Below are positions 1-10,325 of a DNA stretch of 64,000 bases, in pieces. The position numbers and the translations under genes were made by a program. Position 1 is the stretch's first letter; every line of letters begins with the position of its first letter. This DNA is from Spirochaetia bacterium (GTDB lineage Bacteria; Spirochaetota; Spirochaetia; UBA9216): contig OZ223265.1 of the NCBI GenBank assembly GCA_965140585.1, positions 343,118 through 407,117 of the forward strand, read 5' to 3'. Under the pieces are notes generated by a model, which was not told where the DNA came from, made no database searches, and was given only the letters and a program-made list of their open reading frames with translations.

Positions 1-936
1 GGAGACCGCAACATACTTATTGTAGCCCACACAGACAGTATTTTTGACGAAAAGATTGATCATACAATTAGTGTTCAGCCTCAGTATATTACAGGCCCCG
101 GAATAGGCGACAATGCCCTTGGTGTAGCAGCAATTGCCAGCCTTCCCACAATACTGGAACACCTGGACATTAAGCTGCGGTCCAACCTGGTGCTTATGGG
201 ATCTTCCCGGAGCCTCGGCCGCGGCGATATCGAGGGGCTAAGCTTCTTTCTTGACAATTCAAACATTCCCATCCACGCAGGATTATGTGTAGAGGGAGTA
301 AAACTCGGGAGACTGAGCTACAGTTCAATAGGAATGATAAGATGTGAACTGAAATGCGAGGTTCCGGAGCAGTATGACTGGACCCGCTTTGGCGCGGTCG
401 GTTCAATAGTAACCATAAACGAGGTTATCAACCGGATTCTTGAGATACCGCTGCCTAAACGCCCCAGGTGCAACATTGCTTTCGGTTCAATCGAAGGCGG
501 AAAATCATTCAATGCCCTGGCCTCAAAGGCTATTCTGCGTTTTGAGATTCGCAGTGAATCCGGCGATATGGTTTCCAAGGTTCTCCGATCTATTTCAAAC
601 ATTGCATCCGAGGTTTCAAGTCATACCGGGGAAGAAATAGAACTTGATGTACTTGCCAGAAGACATCCGGGAGGAATTGATTTTTCACATCCTCTGGCTT
701 CATCAGCAAGGCAGATAATGACACATCTAAAAATTAAACCGAGAATCTCGCCGAGTACATCTGAACTGGCAGCTTTTATTGCCCATGACATTCCGGCTCT
801 TACAATCGGTCTTACAACAGGTGATTATCTGGACGGAATAAATGAAAGCATAGAGGTTGACCCCATCTATACGGGGCTTACCCAGCTGATAGGACTGATT
901 CTTGCAATTGACCGGGGGTATTCCAGTGAATCTTGA
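1..936 (+). CDS. M20/M25/M40 peptidase-like protein with dimerisation domain, 5'-truncated by the window; active site looks degenerate
   Basis: Frame is open from base 1 (GDRNILIVAHTD...GPGIGDNALG). It contains the M20 motifs AHxD, GxxDN and IEGGKSFNA. Confidence 0.8.
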   Translation, partial: GDRNILIVAHTDSIFDEKIDHTISVQPQYITGPGIGDNALGVAAIASLPTILEHLDIKLRSNLVLMGSSRSLGRGDIEGLSFFLDNSNIPIHAGLCVEGVKLGRLSYSSIGMIRCELKCEVPEQYDWTRFGAVGSIVTINEVINRILEIPLPKRPRCNIAFGSIEGGKSFNALASKAILRFEIRSESGDMVSKVLRSISNIASEVSSHTGEEIELDVLARRHPGGIDFSHPLASSARQIMTHLKIKPRISPSTSELAAFIAHDIPALTIGLTTGDYLDGINESIEVDPIYTGLTQLIGLILAIDRGYSSES

Positions 937-1927
937 TAAATGGATTAAAAATAACACATTTCATCATTCAGATTTCGAGGATCTGAATGCGCTAGTAAAA
1001 GAAAAGGAAAAAAAGAACCTTAAAATATCCCTTTGTATTCCCACTTTAAATGAGGAGAAGACAATCGGTAAGGAAGTCGTCATATTCAAATCAGAGCTGA
1101 TGACAAGGATTCCGCTGCTTGATGAGATAGCCATTATTGACTCAGGTTCAGAAGATCGAACCCTTGAGATTGCAAGCTCCTTCGGCGCAGACACCTACCT
1201 TGCTTCGGATATTCTGCCCGGCATTGAACCCAGACGCGGTAAGGGCGAGAACTTATGGAAAGCGATATACCAGTTGAAAGGTGACATTATCGTCTATATT
1301 GATGCTGATATCAAAAACATTCACCCCAGATTTGTCTACGGCCTTGTTGCGCCGCTTATTTTCAACGATGAAATTCAATACGTAAAGGCCTTCTATGACA
1401 GGCCGCTGGCTTTTTCTGAGGGTATAAGGCCATCAGGAGGCGGCAGGGTAACAGAGATTCTTGTACGCCCGCTTTTTTCACTTTATTTCCCTGAGCTTTC
1501 AGGCGTTATACAGCCTCTTTCCGGCGAATATGCTGTAAGACGTGAAGTTCTTGAAGCAATCCCCTTCCCTATCGGCTACGGTGTTGAAACCTCACACCTT
1601 ATTGATGTTTACTTAAAATGGGGGCTTAAGGCTTTTGCACAGACTGATCTGGATCAGAGGGTTCACCGGAATCAGGCCACCAGAGACTTAGGAAAGATGG
1701 CTTTCGGTATTCTGCAGGCCTTCCTGAAAAGGCTGCATATGAAGGGTTTGGTAAATGATATTCCGGAACACAATATTCTAAGACAGTTCATCGCGCATGA
1801 CAGTGTTTTTGAGGCAATTGAGCACCGGATTATAGAATTCGAAAGGCCTCCAATGATAGAAATACCTGAATACCTTGAACGACGGAAAGAGCTTCAGAAT
1901 GAGATTGAGCAACCGGGAAAGAAATGA
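926..1927 (+). CDS. gpgS: glucosyl-3-phosphoglycerate synthase
   Basis: GT-A motifs IPTLNEE, GKGENLWK, DAD, GGGRVTE, QPLSGEYA, GYGVE and RVHRNQ. GTG start at 926 overlaps the upstream stop. Confidence 0.9.
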   Translation: MNLDKWIKNNTFHHSDFEDLNALVKEKEKKNLKISLCIPTLNEEKTIGKEVVIFKSELMTRIPLLDEIAIIDSGSEDRTLEIASSFGADTYLASDILPGIEPRRGKGENLWKAIYQLKGDIIVYIDADIKNIHPRFVYGLVAPLIFNDEIQYVKAFYDRPLAFSEGIRPSGGGRVTEILVRPLFSLYFPELSGVIQPLSGEYAVRREVLEAIPFPIGYGVETSHLIDVYLKWGLKAFAQTDLDQRVHRNQATRDLGKMAFGILQAFLKRLHMKGLVNDIPEHNILRQFIAHDSVFEAIEHRIIEFERPPMIEIPEYLERRKELQNEIEQPGKK

Positions 1928-2799
1928 AGCGGTTTTCCAATAAACGCTGATAGTTCAGAATAATGATTTATACGGCTGCTGTCGGAAGGGTTAATCTCCG
2001 ATACGCAGCCTTTTTTAATTGAAAACCTGTAGTTTTCGGCTGAATCCCCGGCCTCTGCTGTATAAAGAAATGAAAACTCGGGTGTGTTTCCATATATCCA
2101 TTCAGGGCTTATCATCCGTTTATAAAACCCATCTTTAACAGCTCCAGCCCCGTCAGCAGTTGCTGTATCAGCACTGCCGTATTCCGATTCAAATGAATCA
2201 GAGAGGGCTGTTTTCAATACATCAACAGTTAGATTCGGATTGTAACGGCTAAGATTAACAACACTTGAGCGGACAGAGCGAATGCCCTTTGATTCTATAC
2301 CTTCAAGCGAAGGGCCTGAAAGCGATGCCTTTAACGGATGAAGATCTGAAGAAACCAGCAGGGTTCCGTGATGAAGAACACGTCCGCTGCTTATCCTAAA
2401 GGCGCTTCCTGATACCTTTTTACCTTCGACAACAACATCATGACGCTCATTAATCTCTGCGCTGACACCCAGAGCTCCAAGGGCTTTGACTACTGTTCTT
2501 AAGTTTCTTTCCCTATCGTATAGCTCCTTCCCGCAGATAAAACTGAAATTGAGGTTGCCTTCATCATGATAGACAGCTCCGCCTCCGCTTTGCCGCCTTG
2601 CAAGACTGATACCGGAATCATTCATTGACTCAAAACTGCATTCAAGCCATGGATTCTGGTAACGGCCGATGATCACAGAGGGATTGTTTACCCAGAGTAA
2701 CAGCGTATGTCCGCTTCCGGATGCATCCGTAAAGAGAGAATTTTCTATTGTAAGATTTATGTAAGTATCTCTATTCTGTGATATAACAAGCCTGTTCAA
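1894..2799 (-). CDS. lplA: lipoate-protein ligase A
   Basis: Motifs IGRYQNPW, RRQSGGGAVYHDEGNLN, KKVSGSA and HHGTLL. Confidence 0.9.
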   Translation of the reverse strand: MNRLVISQNRDTYINLTIENSLFTDASGSGHTLLLWVNNPSVIIGRYQNPWLECSFESMNDSGISLARRQSGGGAVYHDEGNLNFSFICGKELYDRERNLRTVVKALGALGVSAEINERHDVVVEGKKVSGSAFRISSGRVLHHGTLLVSSDLHPLKASLSGPSLEGIESKGIRSVRSSVVNLSRYNPNLTVDVLKTALSDSFESEYGSADTATADGAGAVKDGFYKRMISPEWIYGNTPEFSFLYTAEAGDSAENYRFSIKKGCVSEINPSDSSRINHYSELSAFIGKPLHFFPGCSISF

Positions 2800-2842
2800 G
2801 CTAAATTTCCTCCTGAATGAGCATATAATGGGATTAATCTAC

Positions 2843-2864
2843 GAATCACCCCTATGGGTGATTC
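2843..2864. promoter_or_regulatory. perfect palindrome, candidate operator between the divergent lplA and acyl-CoA ligase genes
   Basis: GAATCACCC-CTAT-GGGTGATTC. Confidence 0.45.
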
Positions 2865-2917
2865 AATCATACCATAAAACTATAGCTAATTTGTAAAATC
2901 AGCTTTATATTAATATT

Positions 2918-4522
2918 ATGAAAAGCCTTTATAATTACAGCATCGGCGAGGTATGGGACTTTGCAGCTTCAAGCTATTCCGACCTTCCGTTCACAGCGTC
3001 ACTTAACGGACGAAACTTCACATATAAAAAAGCAAATTCAGTAATAGACAATCTCATCAGTCACCTGGAGTTAACCGGAATTGAAACCGGCAGCAGAATA
3101 GCTCTTTTGAGTGAAAACAGGTCCGAATGGGGATTATGCTGGCTTGCAGCAGTTACGTCCTCCAGGATTGCCGTTCCTATTATGACTGATTTTGCTGCTG
3201 AACAGATTCAGAATATACTTGAGCATTCCGATGCATCATTTATATTCATCTCTGAGAAGATGCTTCCCAAAATCAGGGATACAAAACTTTTCAGTGAAAG
3301 GAAATTCCTGCTTATAGATGAGGCTGAACTCTTTGATAAGCCTGATACTGCGCTTTCTATCTCAGAATACAGCCCTGCATCAGAAGATACTGCAGCTATA
3401 ATATACACATCAGGCACAACAGGAACATCCAAGGGAGTTATGCTCTCTCATAAGAATATTGTTGTAAATGCCTGTGATTCAACACTTGTCGGCGGAATGG
3501 AGGCAGGAGATGCGCTTCTGTCGGTTCTTCCTCTTGCACACATGTACGAGTTCACTCAGGGTTTCATGCTTCCTATTCTTGAAGGGGCTAACATAACCTA
3601 TCTTGGAATGAAACCCTCTCCCAGACTGATGCTTGACGCAATAGCGAAGACTAAACCTCATTTTATTCTTAGTGTTCCCCTGCTGATAGAAAAAATATAC
3701 CGAAGCTCTGTACTTAAAAATATCAACAGCAGTAAAGTACTGAAAACTGTCTACAAAATTTTACCGGTTAGAAAACTGCTTAACCGCTTTGTAATCGGAA
3801 AAAAACTAATGAAAACCTTCGGAGGCAGACTCAAATTCTTCGGAATCGGAGGAGCTCCGCTTTCTGAAGATGTTGAAAGATTCCTGAGGGAAGCAAAATT
3901 CCCCTACGCTGTAGGATACGGACTTACCGAGACAGCTCCCTGCCTTGCAGGCTCTCCACCGAATAAATCAGTCTTCAGAGGCCCGGGACAGCCGTTTAAA
4001 AGTGTTGAACTTAGAATATTAGATGGTGAGATCCAGGTTAAAAGCGACTGTGTAATGCAGGGCTATTACCTTGATGAAGAAAGAACTGCAGAAGTCTTTA
4101 CTGAAGACGGCTGGTTCAGAACCGGGGATATCGGTGAACTTGATGCTGCAGGCAACCTTTATGTTAAGGGTCGTATAAAAAATGTCATTCTCGGCCCGGC
4201 AGGTGAAAACATCTATCCTGAAGAAATTGAAAACATCCTCAAAACAGATCCTGTTGTTGCTGAATGCCTTGTTCTTGGCAAGGGGTCCGAGCTTGTTGCC
4301 AGGGTAATGCTGGATGAAGAAAAGCTGAAGCAGTATTTTGAAGAGCTTAAGCACAACATCAGTCATTTTCCGCAATGGAAGGAAGAATTCCTCGAGAATA
4401 TGCGTAAAAAGATGAATACAAGTCTGAGCTCTTTCTCAAAGATAAGCAGAATAATTGAGCAGGAAGTGCCCTTCGAACTAACTCCTTCTTTAAAAATAAG
4501 AAGATTTCTTTACCAGAACTGA
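2918..4522 (+). CDS. long-chain fatty-acid-CoA ligase (AMP-binding family)
   Basis: Motifs YTSGTTGTSKG, GYGLTET, GWFRTGD and GENIYPEEIE. Confidence 0.9.
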   Translation: MKSLYNYSIGEVWDFAASSYSDLPFTASLNGRNFTYKKANSVIDNLISHLELTGIETGSRIALLSENRSEWGLCWLAAVTSSRIAVPIMTDFAAEQIQNILEHSDASFIFISEKMLPKIRDTKLFSERKFLLIDEAELFDKPDTALSISEYSPASEDTAAIIYTSGTTGTSKGVMLSHKNIVVNACDSTLVGGMEAGDALLSVLPLAHMYEFTQGFMLPILEGANITYLGMKPSPRLMLDAIAKTKPHFILSVPLLIEKIYRSSVLKNINSSKVLKTVYKILPVRKLLNRFVIGKKLMKTFGGRLKFFGIGGAPLSEDVERFLREAKFPYAVGYGLTETAPCLAGSPPNKSVFRGPGQPFKSVELRILDGEIQVKSDCVMQGYYLDEERTAEVFTEDGWFRTGDIGELDAAGNLYVKGRIKNVILGPAGENIYPEEIENILKTDPVVAECLVLGKGSELVARVMLDEEKLKQYFEELKHNISHFPQWKEEFLENMRKKMNTSLSSFSKISRIIEQEVPFELTPSLKIRRFLYQN

Positions 4523-4559
4523 TGCAGATATAAACCGCATTAGAAACTGATTAATCAAA

Positions 4560-4592
4560 AAAAAAGGCTGTTCAAACTGAACAGCCTTTTTT
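4560..4592. terminator. bidirectional intrinsic terminator
   Basis: AAAAAAGGCTGTTCA-AAC-TGAACAGCCTTTTTT between convergent genes. Confidence 0.9.
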
Positions 4593-4623
4593 CATATACG
4601 CAGCTTTCTAAAAGCCGCGTCAT

Positions 4624-5331
4624 TTACATTCCAAGATAGGCTTTCTGTACCTCATCGTTTTTAAGCAGGTTCTCACAGGTATCAGCCATGGTAATACGGC
4701 CGGTTTCCATAACATAGCCCTTGTGAGCTATCTTGAGAGCCAGGTTGGCGTTCTGCTCAACAAGGAATACTGTTGTACCCTGTTCTTCATTTATCTTCTT
4801 AACAATGTCGAAGATCTGACGAACGATGATTGGAGCAAGCCCGAGTGAGGGCTCATCAAGAAGCAGTATCCGCGGTTTTGCCATAAGCGCACGGCTTATA
4901 GCCAGCATCTGCTGTTCACCGCCGCTGAGGGTACCTCCACGCTGGTTTCTTCTGCGTGAAAGGATAGGAAACAGTTCGTAAACATATTCAATGTCACGCT
5001 TAATCTGTTCCTTGTCCTTTCTGAGGAAGGCTCCCATATCGAGATTCTCAGCAACCGTAAGATCGGGGAAAATCCGCCGCCCTTCAGGAACCTGAATAAT
5101 TCCCATAGGAACTATATCATCAGGATTCTTTCCTGTAATATCCTTACCGTCGAGGGTAATTCGACCTGACCGGGCGGGAACTACTCCGCTGATTGACATA
5201 AGAGTTGTTGTTTTACCGGCACCGTTGGCGCCGATAAGAGTAACTATTTCACCGTCGGCAACTTCAATACTTATCCCTTTAAGGGCCTGAATGTTTCCGT
5301 AATAGGTTTCAATTTTATCAAGTTTAAGCAT
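4624..5331 (-). CDS. livF: branched-chain amino acid ABC transporter ATPase
   Basis: Motifs GANGAGKT, VPEGRRIF, LSGGEQQ and DEPSLGLAP. Confidence 0.93.
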   Translation of the reverse strand: MLKLDKIETYYGNIQALKGISIEVADGEIVTLIGANGAGKTTTLMSISGVVPARSGRITLDGKDITGKNPDDIVPMGIIQVPEGRRIFPDLTVAENLDMGAFLRKDKEQIKRDIEYVYELFPILSRRRNQRGGTLSGGEQQMLAISRALMAKPRILLLDEPSLGLAPIIVRQIFDIVKKINEEQGTTVFLVEQNANLALKIAHKGYVMETGRITMADTCENLLKNDEVQKAYLGM

Positions 5332-6115
5332 CTACATCCTCCCCAAGGTAAGCCTTGATTACATCAGGGTTTTTCTTAATATCTTCAGGAACTCCAGTTG
5401 CTATCAGTTTTCCGTAATCGACAACATAGATTCTCTCGGACAGGCTCATTACCAGGCTCATATCATGCTCGATGAGCAGAATTGTTATCCCCTCAGTGTC
5501 ACGAATCCTGACAATGGTCTCGTCGAGTTCCCTGGTTTCCTGTGGATTCATACCGGCTGCAGGTTCATCAAGAAGAAGCAGGAAGGGGTCGGTAGCCATA
5601 GCTCTGGCTATTTCAAGCCGTCTCTGCGCACCGTAGGGAAGATTCTTGGCCAGGTCATTGACATGCTGCTCAAGATTCAGTTTTTTGAGAATTTCGTAAC
5701 TCTCATCAATGACATTCCGTTCTTCCGCTCTGGTTCTGGGATCCCTGAGAATTGCGCCGGGAACACCGGCTTTCATCCTTGGATGCCGTCCGATCATAAC
5801 GTTCTCAAGCACACTCATGTTCTGGAACAATCTGATATTCTGAAAGGTTCTTGCAAGACCCTTTTCTGTTATCTTGTTCGGCTTCATGCCGTTAATCCGC
5901 TGCGCCTTGCCTGTTGAGGGAGGGGTCAGAATAATATCGCCTGCGGTAGGCTTGTTTACACCTGTAATACAGTTAAAAAAGGTTGTCTTGCCTGCACCGT
6001 TTGGCCCGATCAGGGCAACAATCTCTTTCTCGTTTATAAAAAGATCGACATCATTTACAGCTCTGAGTCCGCCGAAGTCCATCCTGAGTTTTTTAACATC
6101 TAGTATAGGGGCCAT
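5324..6115 (-). CDS. livG: branched-chain amino acid ABC transporter ATPase
   Basis: Motifs GPNGAGKT, RTFQN, LPYGAQR, DEPAAGMN and IEHDM. Confidence 0.93.
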   Translation of the reverse strand: MAPILDVKKLRMDFGGLRAVNDVDLFINEKEIVALIGPNGAGKTTFFNCITGVNKPTAGDIILTPPSTGKAQRINGMKPNKITEKGLARTFQNIRLFQNMSVLENVMIGRHPRMKAGVPGAILRDPRTRAEERNVIDESYEILKKLNLEQHVNDLAKNLPYGAQRRLEIARAMATDPFLLLLDEPAAGMNPQETRELDETIVRIRDTEGITILLIEHDMSLVMSLSERIYVVDYGKLIATGVPEDIKKNPDVIKAYLGEDVDA

Positions 6116-7380
6116 TATTTCTCTCCCTCAGCAGGTGCTTTTTTCTGTTTGAACTCGTACTTCTGCCTGATAGCAGGAATAATTCCGCCCGGCTTGAATA
6201 CCATCATCAGTACAAGAACAGCACCGAAAATAATCATTCTAAGCTCGGAGAAAGCACGCAGATATTCGGGAAGAAGCGTCATTATCAGCGCTCCGGCAAT
6301 TACACCCGGAATTGACCCAAGGCCGCCAAGAACAACCATACATAGAACTATAATTGACTCCCACATTGTGAAACTTGCCGGGTTAATAAACGTTGTCTTA
6401 CCCGCAAAGATTACACCGGCGACTCCGGCCCAGAAAGCACCGAGAGCGAAGGCGGCAAGCTTTGCCTTGGCAATATCGATTCCCATTGACTCACTTGCAA
6501 TTTCATCTTCACGCATAGCAACCCAGCTTCGGCCCAGTCTTGAATCTTCAAGCCTTCGAACAACAAAAATTGTTACGATTACAAAAACAAGGATAATGTA
6601 GTAAGTGAGGTTTGTTGACTGCTTCAGACCGAAATCAAAACCGGGGAGCGAAGGCCTGGGGATATTTGCAATTCCGCTGGGACCGAAACTGAAAGCATTC
6701 CAGTTTTCCATAACAATCCTGAATATCTCACCGAAAGCCAGTGTAACTATTGCAAGATAGTCGCCGCGAAGCCGGAGTACCGGAATTGCTATGATTGTGC
6801 CGAATAATGCTGCAAAAATACCGCCGAGAGGCAGTGCAAGCCAGAAATTGACCCCGAAGTGGTGGTTTAAAAGTGCATATGTGTATGCTCCTACACCGTA
6901 GAAAACGATGTAGCAGAGGTTAAGCAGACCGCCAAGACCGACAACGATATTAAGACCGAGAGCAAGCACCACATAAAGCAGAGCTGTGGTCATGATGCTG
7001 GTCTGGTACATGCCGGTTATAAATGGAAAAATTGCCGCAAAGGCAAGAATCACAATGCTTCCGGTTCGTACTATCACAGGCTTCTGTCCAATCCGTTCCC
7101 GGAGGGTCACAGTCTCAGCCTTGTCCGCTGAAGGTTTTTTCCCGATAAGACCGTTCTTGCGGTCGATCAGAAGCTTCCATACATGTGAAAGGATAAAGGA
7201 GGCGAAACCTACAATTATCATATTTTCCCATCGCCACTCTACCGTATCGGTTACAGTGTTGACCTTAATAACCATAATAGGAAAGGTCAGGAACATAAAC
7301 CATACAGCAAGTATTGCCGAACGTTTAATATCCGCAGGCGTCAGAAGTTTATAGCTGTTATCTTTAATAGTATCAGACAT
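6115..7380 (-). CDS. livM: branched-chain amino acid ABC transporter permease
   Basis: Motifs LRLRGDYLAIVTLAFGEI and VVLGGLGS; multiple TM segments. Confidence 0.92.
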   Translation of the reverse strand: MSDTIKDNSYKLLTPADIKRSAILAVWFMFLTFPIMVIKVNTVTDTVEWRWENMIIVGFASFILSHVWKLLIDRKNGLIGKKPSADKAETVTLRERIGQKPVIVRTGSIVILAFAAIFPFITGMYQTSIMTTALLYVVLALGLNIVVGLGGLLNLCYIVFYGVGAYTYALLNHHFGVNFWLALPLGGIFAALFGTIIAIPVLRLRGDYLAIVTLAFGEIFRIVMENWNAFSFGPSGIANIPRPSLPGFDFGLKQSTNLTYYIILVFVIVTIFVVRRLEDSRLGRSWVAMREDEIASESMGIDIAKAKLAAFALGAFWAGVAGVIFAGKTTFINPASFTMWESIIVLCMVVLGGLGSIPGVIAGALIMTLLPEYLRAFSELRMIIFGAVLVLMMVFKPGGIIPAIRQKYEFKQKKAPAEGEK

Positions 7381-7389
7381 ATAATCCCC

Positions 7390-8295
7390 CTAAACCTTTT
7401 TACTCGGAGCCTTACCGAGAAGTCCGGAAGGTCTGAAAATAAGGATGACAATCAGGATGATAAAGGCGAAAACGTCTTCATAGTCACTGGAAATATATCC
7501 GGTTCCGAAACTTTCAGTCAGTCCGAGAACAAAACTTCCGAGCACTGCTCCCGGAATACTTCCGATTCCACCAAGCACCGCAGCAACAAAGGCTTTGATA
7601 CCGGCGATAAAGCCGATATAGAAGTTAATCTGGCCTACATGAGAACTGATTAGAACGCCGCCGATAGCAGCAGTTGCAGAGCCGAGAAGGAAGGTCACCA
7701 TAATCACATTATTGATGTTGACACCTACAAGCTGAGCCATGACCTTATCCTGCGCTGTAGCACGCATAGCCTTACCAATTCTTGTATATTTAATGAGTAA
7801 TGTAAAAAGTATCATTACTACAGTTGATGTCACGAGGATAATGAACTGTGTGGTATTCATGATGTTTTCAATCGGTTTCAGAAATCCAAAATCCGGAATA
7901 AGGATTGGAAATGGCTGAAAGTCTGAAGTCTGAGCAAGAAGCACATAGTTCTGAAGGAACATTGACATTCCGATGGCGCTTATAAGAGCAGAAAGACGCG
8001 GTGCGTTTCTAAGCGGTTTATAAGCTATCTTTTCCATTGTAATACCGTAGCCTGCTGAATAAACTATAGCAACAACCGCGGCAATTAGAAAAATAAGTAC
8101 AGGAGGAAGTCCTGTAAAAGCGAGAGCACCTGAAACAATAAGAGCAGTGAAAGCTCCTATCATGTAGATCTCGCCGTGAGCAAAATTAATAAGCTGAATA
8201 ATACCGTAGACCATTGTGTAGCCCAGGGCGATCAGTGCATAAATACTTCCTCTTGTCAGCCCTCCAAGAAAAAGCTCAATAAAATAAGTATTCAT
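7390..8295 (-). CDS. livH: branched-chain amino acid ABC transporter permease
   Basis: Motifs YALIALGYTMVYG, NFAHGE and AAVLGGIGS. Confidence 0.93.
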   Translation of the reverse strand: MNTYFIELFLGGLTRGSIYALIALGYTMVYGIIQLINFAHGEIYMIGAFTALIVSGALAFTGLPPVLIFLIAAVVAIVYSAGYGITMEKIAYKPLRNAPRLSALISAIGMSMFLQNYVLLAQTSDFQPFPILIPDFGFLKPIENIMNTTQFIILVTSTVVMILFTLLIKYTRIGKAMRATAQDKVMAQLVGVNINNVIMVTFLLGSATAAIGGVLISSHVGQINFYIGFIAGIKAFVAAVLGGIGSIPGAVLGSFVLGLTESFGTGYISSDYEDVFAFIILIVILIFRPSGLLGKAPSKKV

Positions 8296-8390
8296 TGCAG
8301 AATTACTCCTCTAAGTATTTGAGGCTGGATTCATGTCGAGGGTATCAACGAATCCTCAGAAATCCGGATAGGACATTTTATAATTGCAAA

Positions 8391-8413
8391 TAAAAGCGGG
8401 CCGTGTGGCCCGC
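8391..8413 (-). terminator. hairpin with U-tail after livK (partial terminator or mRNA stabiliser)
   Basis: GCGGGCC-GTGT-GGCCCGC, with a T-run after it on the minus strand. Confidence 0.65.
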
Positions 8414-8423
8414 CTGTGATTAA

Positions 8424-9566
8424 CTATTTGAGTTCGACATAAGCGCCGTTCTGTACCTGGAATACAGAGAAACCAACGCCAATTGCATCACCCTTCTCGT
8501 CGAAGCTGATGCTTCCGAGAGTTGTGTCTACGTAGTTGCTCTTAAGAGCTTTTGAAACTGCTTCATAGTCAGTTGAACCGGCTTTTTCAATTGCATTGAG
8601 GATTGCAGCAGTTGCAGCATATGCATTGAGGAAAAAAGCACCTGGATCTTCGCCGTATTCAGCTCTGTGAGCTTCTTCAGCAGCCATTGTCAGTGCGTTT
8701 GTAGATGTATCCATAGGACCTGTTGCGTAAACGCCTTCTGCAAATTCACCTGCAACCTTGATAAAAGTATCGTCTTTTACACCGTCGTCAGAGATGAAGA
8801 TAGTGTCCATACCTTTCTTTTTAATCTGGCTGATAAGCTTTGAAGCTTCCGGATGGTATCCACCGAAGATAATTGCTTCTGCGCCTGAGTTCTTGATTTT
8901 ATTAATTACTGCTGAGTAGTCAACAGCACCTACAGTGATACCTTCATAGAGAACGACTTCCATCTTTCCGTCTGATTCGATCATTGCTTTTGCAAACTCT
9001 GCAAGCCCCTTACCATAGTCGCCCTTATCATGAAGAACTGCAATTTTCTTGATTCCGAGAGTATCAGCAGCGAAATCAACCTCAAGTCTGGCCTGGGCAT
9101 CATCCGGAGCAATAGTTCTATAAAAGTTGGGATAATCGCCGCTCTGTGTAAGAGGCGGGTTTGTGGCTGAAGGTGAAATACAAATTATATTCTCATCTTT
9201 GTAGATACCAAGAGCAGCCTTTGTTGCACCTGAACAGATATGTCCGATAACGGCAACTACGCCTTCACCTACAAGTTTTGCAGCAGTATTTGTTGCAACT
9301 TCGGGTTTACACTGGTCGTCTTCAACAACAAGTTCAATCTGTCTGCCGAGCACGCCGCCCTTAGCATTCCATTCTGCAACTACAAGTTCTGCAGCCTTTA
9401 CTGAAGGAATACCGTAAGAAGCAAGGTCACCTGAGTGAGCGCCTGCAACACCAATTTTAATAGGTGCGCTGCTTCCGGCTGAATCCTGCTGACCACCGGC
9501 AAAAACGGGAAGTCCAACTGCACTGATAAGTACAGCAACAAGAAGAAGTACGCTGATTTTCTTCAT
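8424..9566 (-). CDS. livK: branched-chain amino acid ABC substrate-binding protein
   Basis: Signal peptide plus motifs EDDQC, GHICSG, SPSATNP and YGKGLA. ATG at 9566 has a GGAGG RBS. Confidence 0.9.
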   Translation of the reverse strand: MKKISVLLLVAVLISAVGLPVFAGGQQDSAGSSAPIKIGVAGAHSGDLASYGIPSVKAAELVVAEWNAKGGVLGRQIELVVEDDQCKPEVATNTAAKLVGEGVVAVIGHICSGATKAALGIYKDENIICISPSATNPPLTQSGDYPNFYRTIAPDDAQARLEVDFAADTLGIKKIAVLHDKGDYGKGLAEFAKAMIESDGKMEVVLYEGITVGAVDYSAVINKIKNSGAEAIIFGGYHPEASKLISQIKKKGMDTIFISDDGVKDDTFIKVAGEFAEGVYATGPMDTSTNALTMAAEEAHRAEYGEDPGAFFLNAYAATAAILNAIEKAGSTDYEAVSKALKSNYVDTTLGSISFDEKGDAIGVGFSVFQVQNGAYVELK

Positions 9567-9724
9567 TATAAATGCCTCCATTTATTTAATTGAATACGTT
9601 AAACATATCCTTTATAACAAACAGCTATTTTATCAATAAATCTCAAATCGATCTACAATAATATCTGTTAGAAATTGCGGAATATGTTAAAATAGTAATA
9701 TACAAACAACATTTAGCGGAGAAA

Positions 9725-10249
9725 ATGATGATCGATTTACTCTATAAACGAAGAAGCGTTAGAAAGTTTACTAATACTGAAATTGAGCCTGAAAAAATTG
9801 AATTATTACAGCAGGCCCTTTTACTGGCTCCTACATCAAGGAATAAAAAGCCATGCAGATTTTTCTTTGTTCATGGACAAGATGATGTAAAAAAGCTGAA
9901 AGGATGCCGGAAGGCAGGAACTCTGGCGCTTGAAACAGCAAGCCTTGCAGTTGTTATTACATCCGATACTTCAGTCGGTGATGTGTGGATTGAAAACGCT
10001 GCAATTGCAGCAACAATCCTTCAGCTTGAGGCGGATAGTCTCGGCCTGGGCTCCTGCTGGATTCATGGAAGAGACAGGCAGGCCGAAGACGGCAAATCCA
10101 CTGACCAGTGGCTTAAAAACCTGCTTGGTATCCCGGCGGATCTGATGATTGATTCGGTTATCGCTATAGGATACGAAGCTGAAAGACCGCGGGCTTATAC
10201 ACCAGCCGACCTTGACTATTCAAAAGTGTTCACCGTAAAATCTGAATAA
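9725..10249 (+). CDS. nitroreductase family protein
   Basis: Motifs RRSVRKF, APTSRN, LGLGSCWI and IAIGY. Confidence 0.9.
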   Translation: MMIDLLYKRRSVRKFTNTEIEPEKIELLQQALLLAPTSRNKKPCRFFFVHGQDDVKKLKGCRKAGTLALETASLAVVITSDTSVGDVWIENAAIAATILQLEADSLGLGSCWIHGRDRQAEDGKSTDQWLKNLLGIPADLMIDSVIAIGYEAERPRAYTPADLDYSKVFTVKSE

Positions 10250-10251
10250 TT

Positions 10252-10291
10252 AAAAAAAAAGCCGCGGATCTTCTTCAGATCTGCGGCTTTT
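10252..10291. terminator. bidirectional intrinsic terminator
   Basis: A9-GCCGCGGATC...GATCTGCGGC-TTTT between convergent genes. Confidence 0.85.
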
Positions 10292-10325
10292 GCAATTAGC
10301 TGATATTAAAGTTCAAAAAAGGCTG

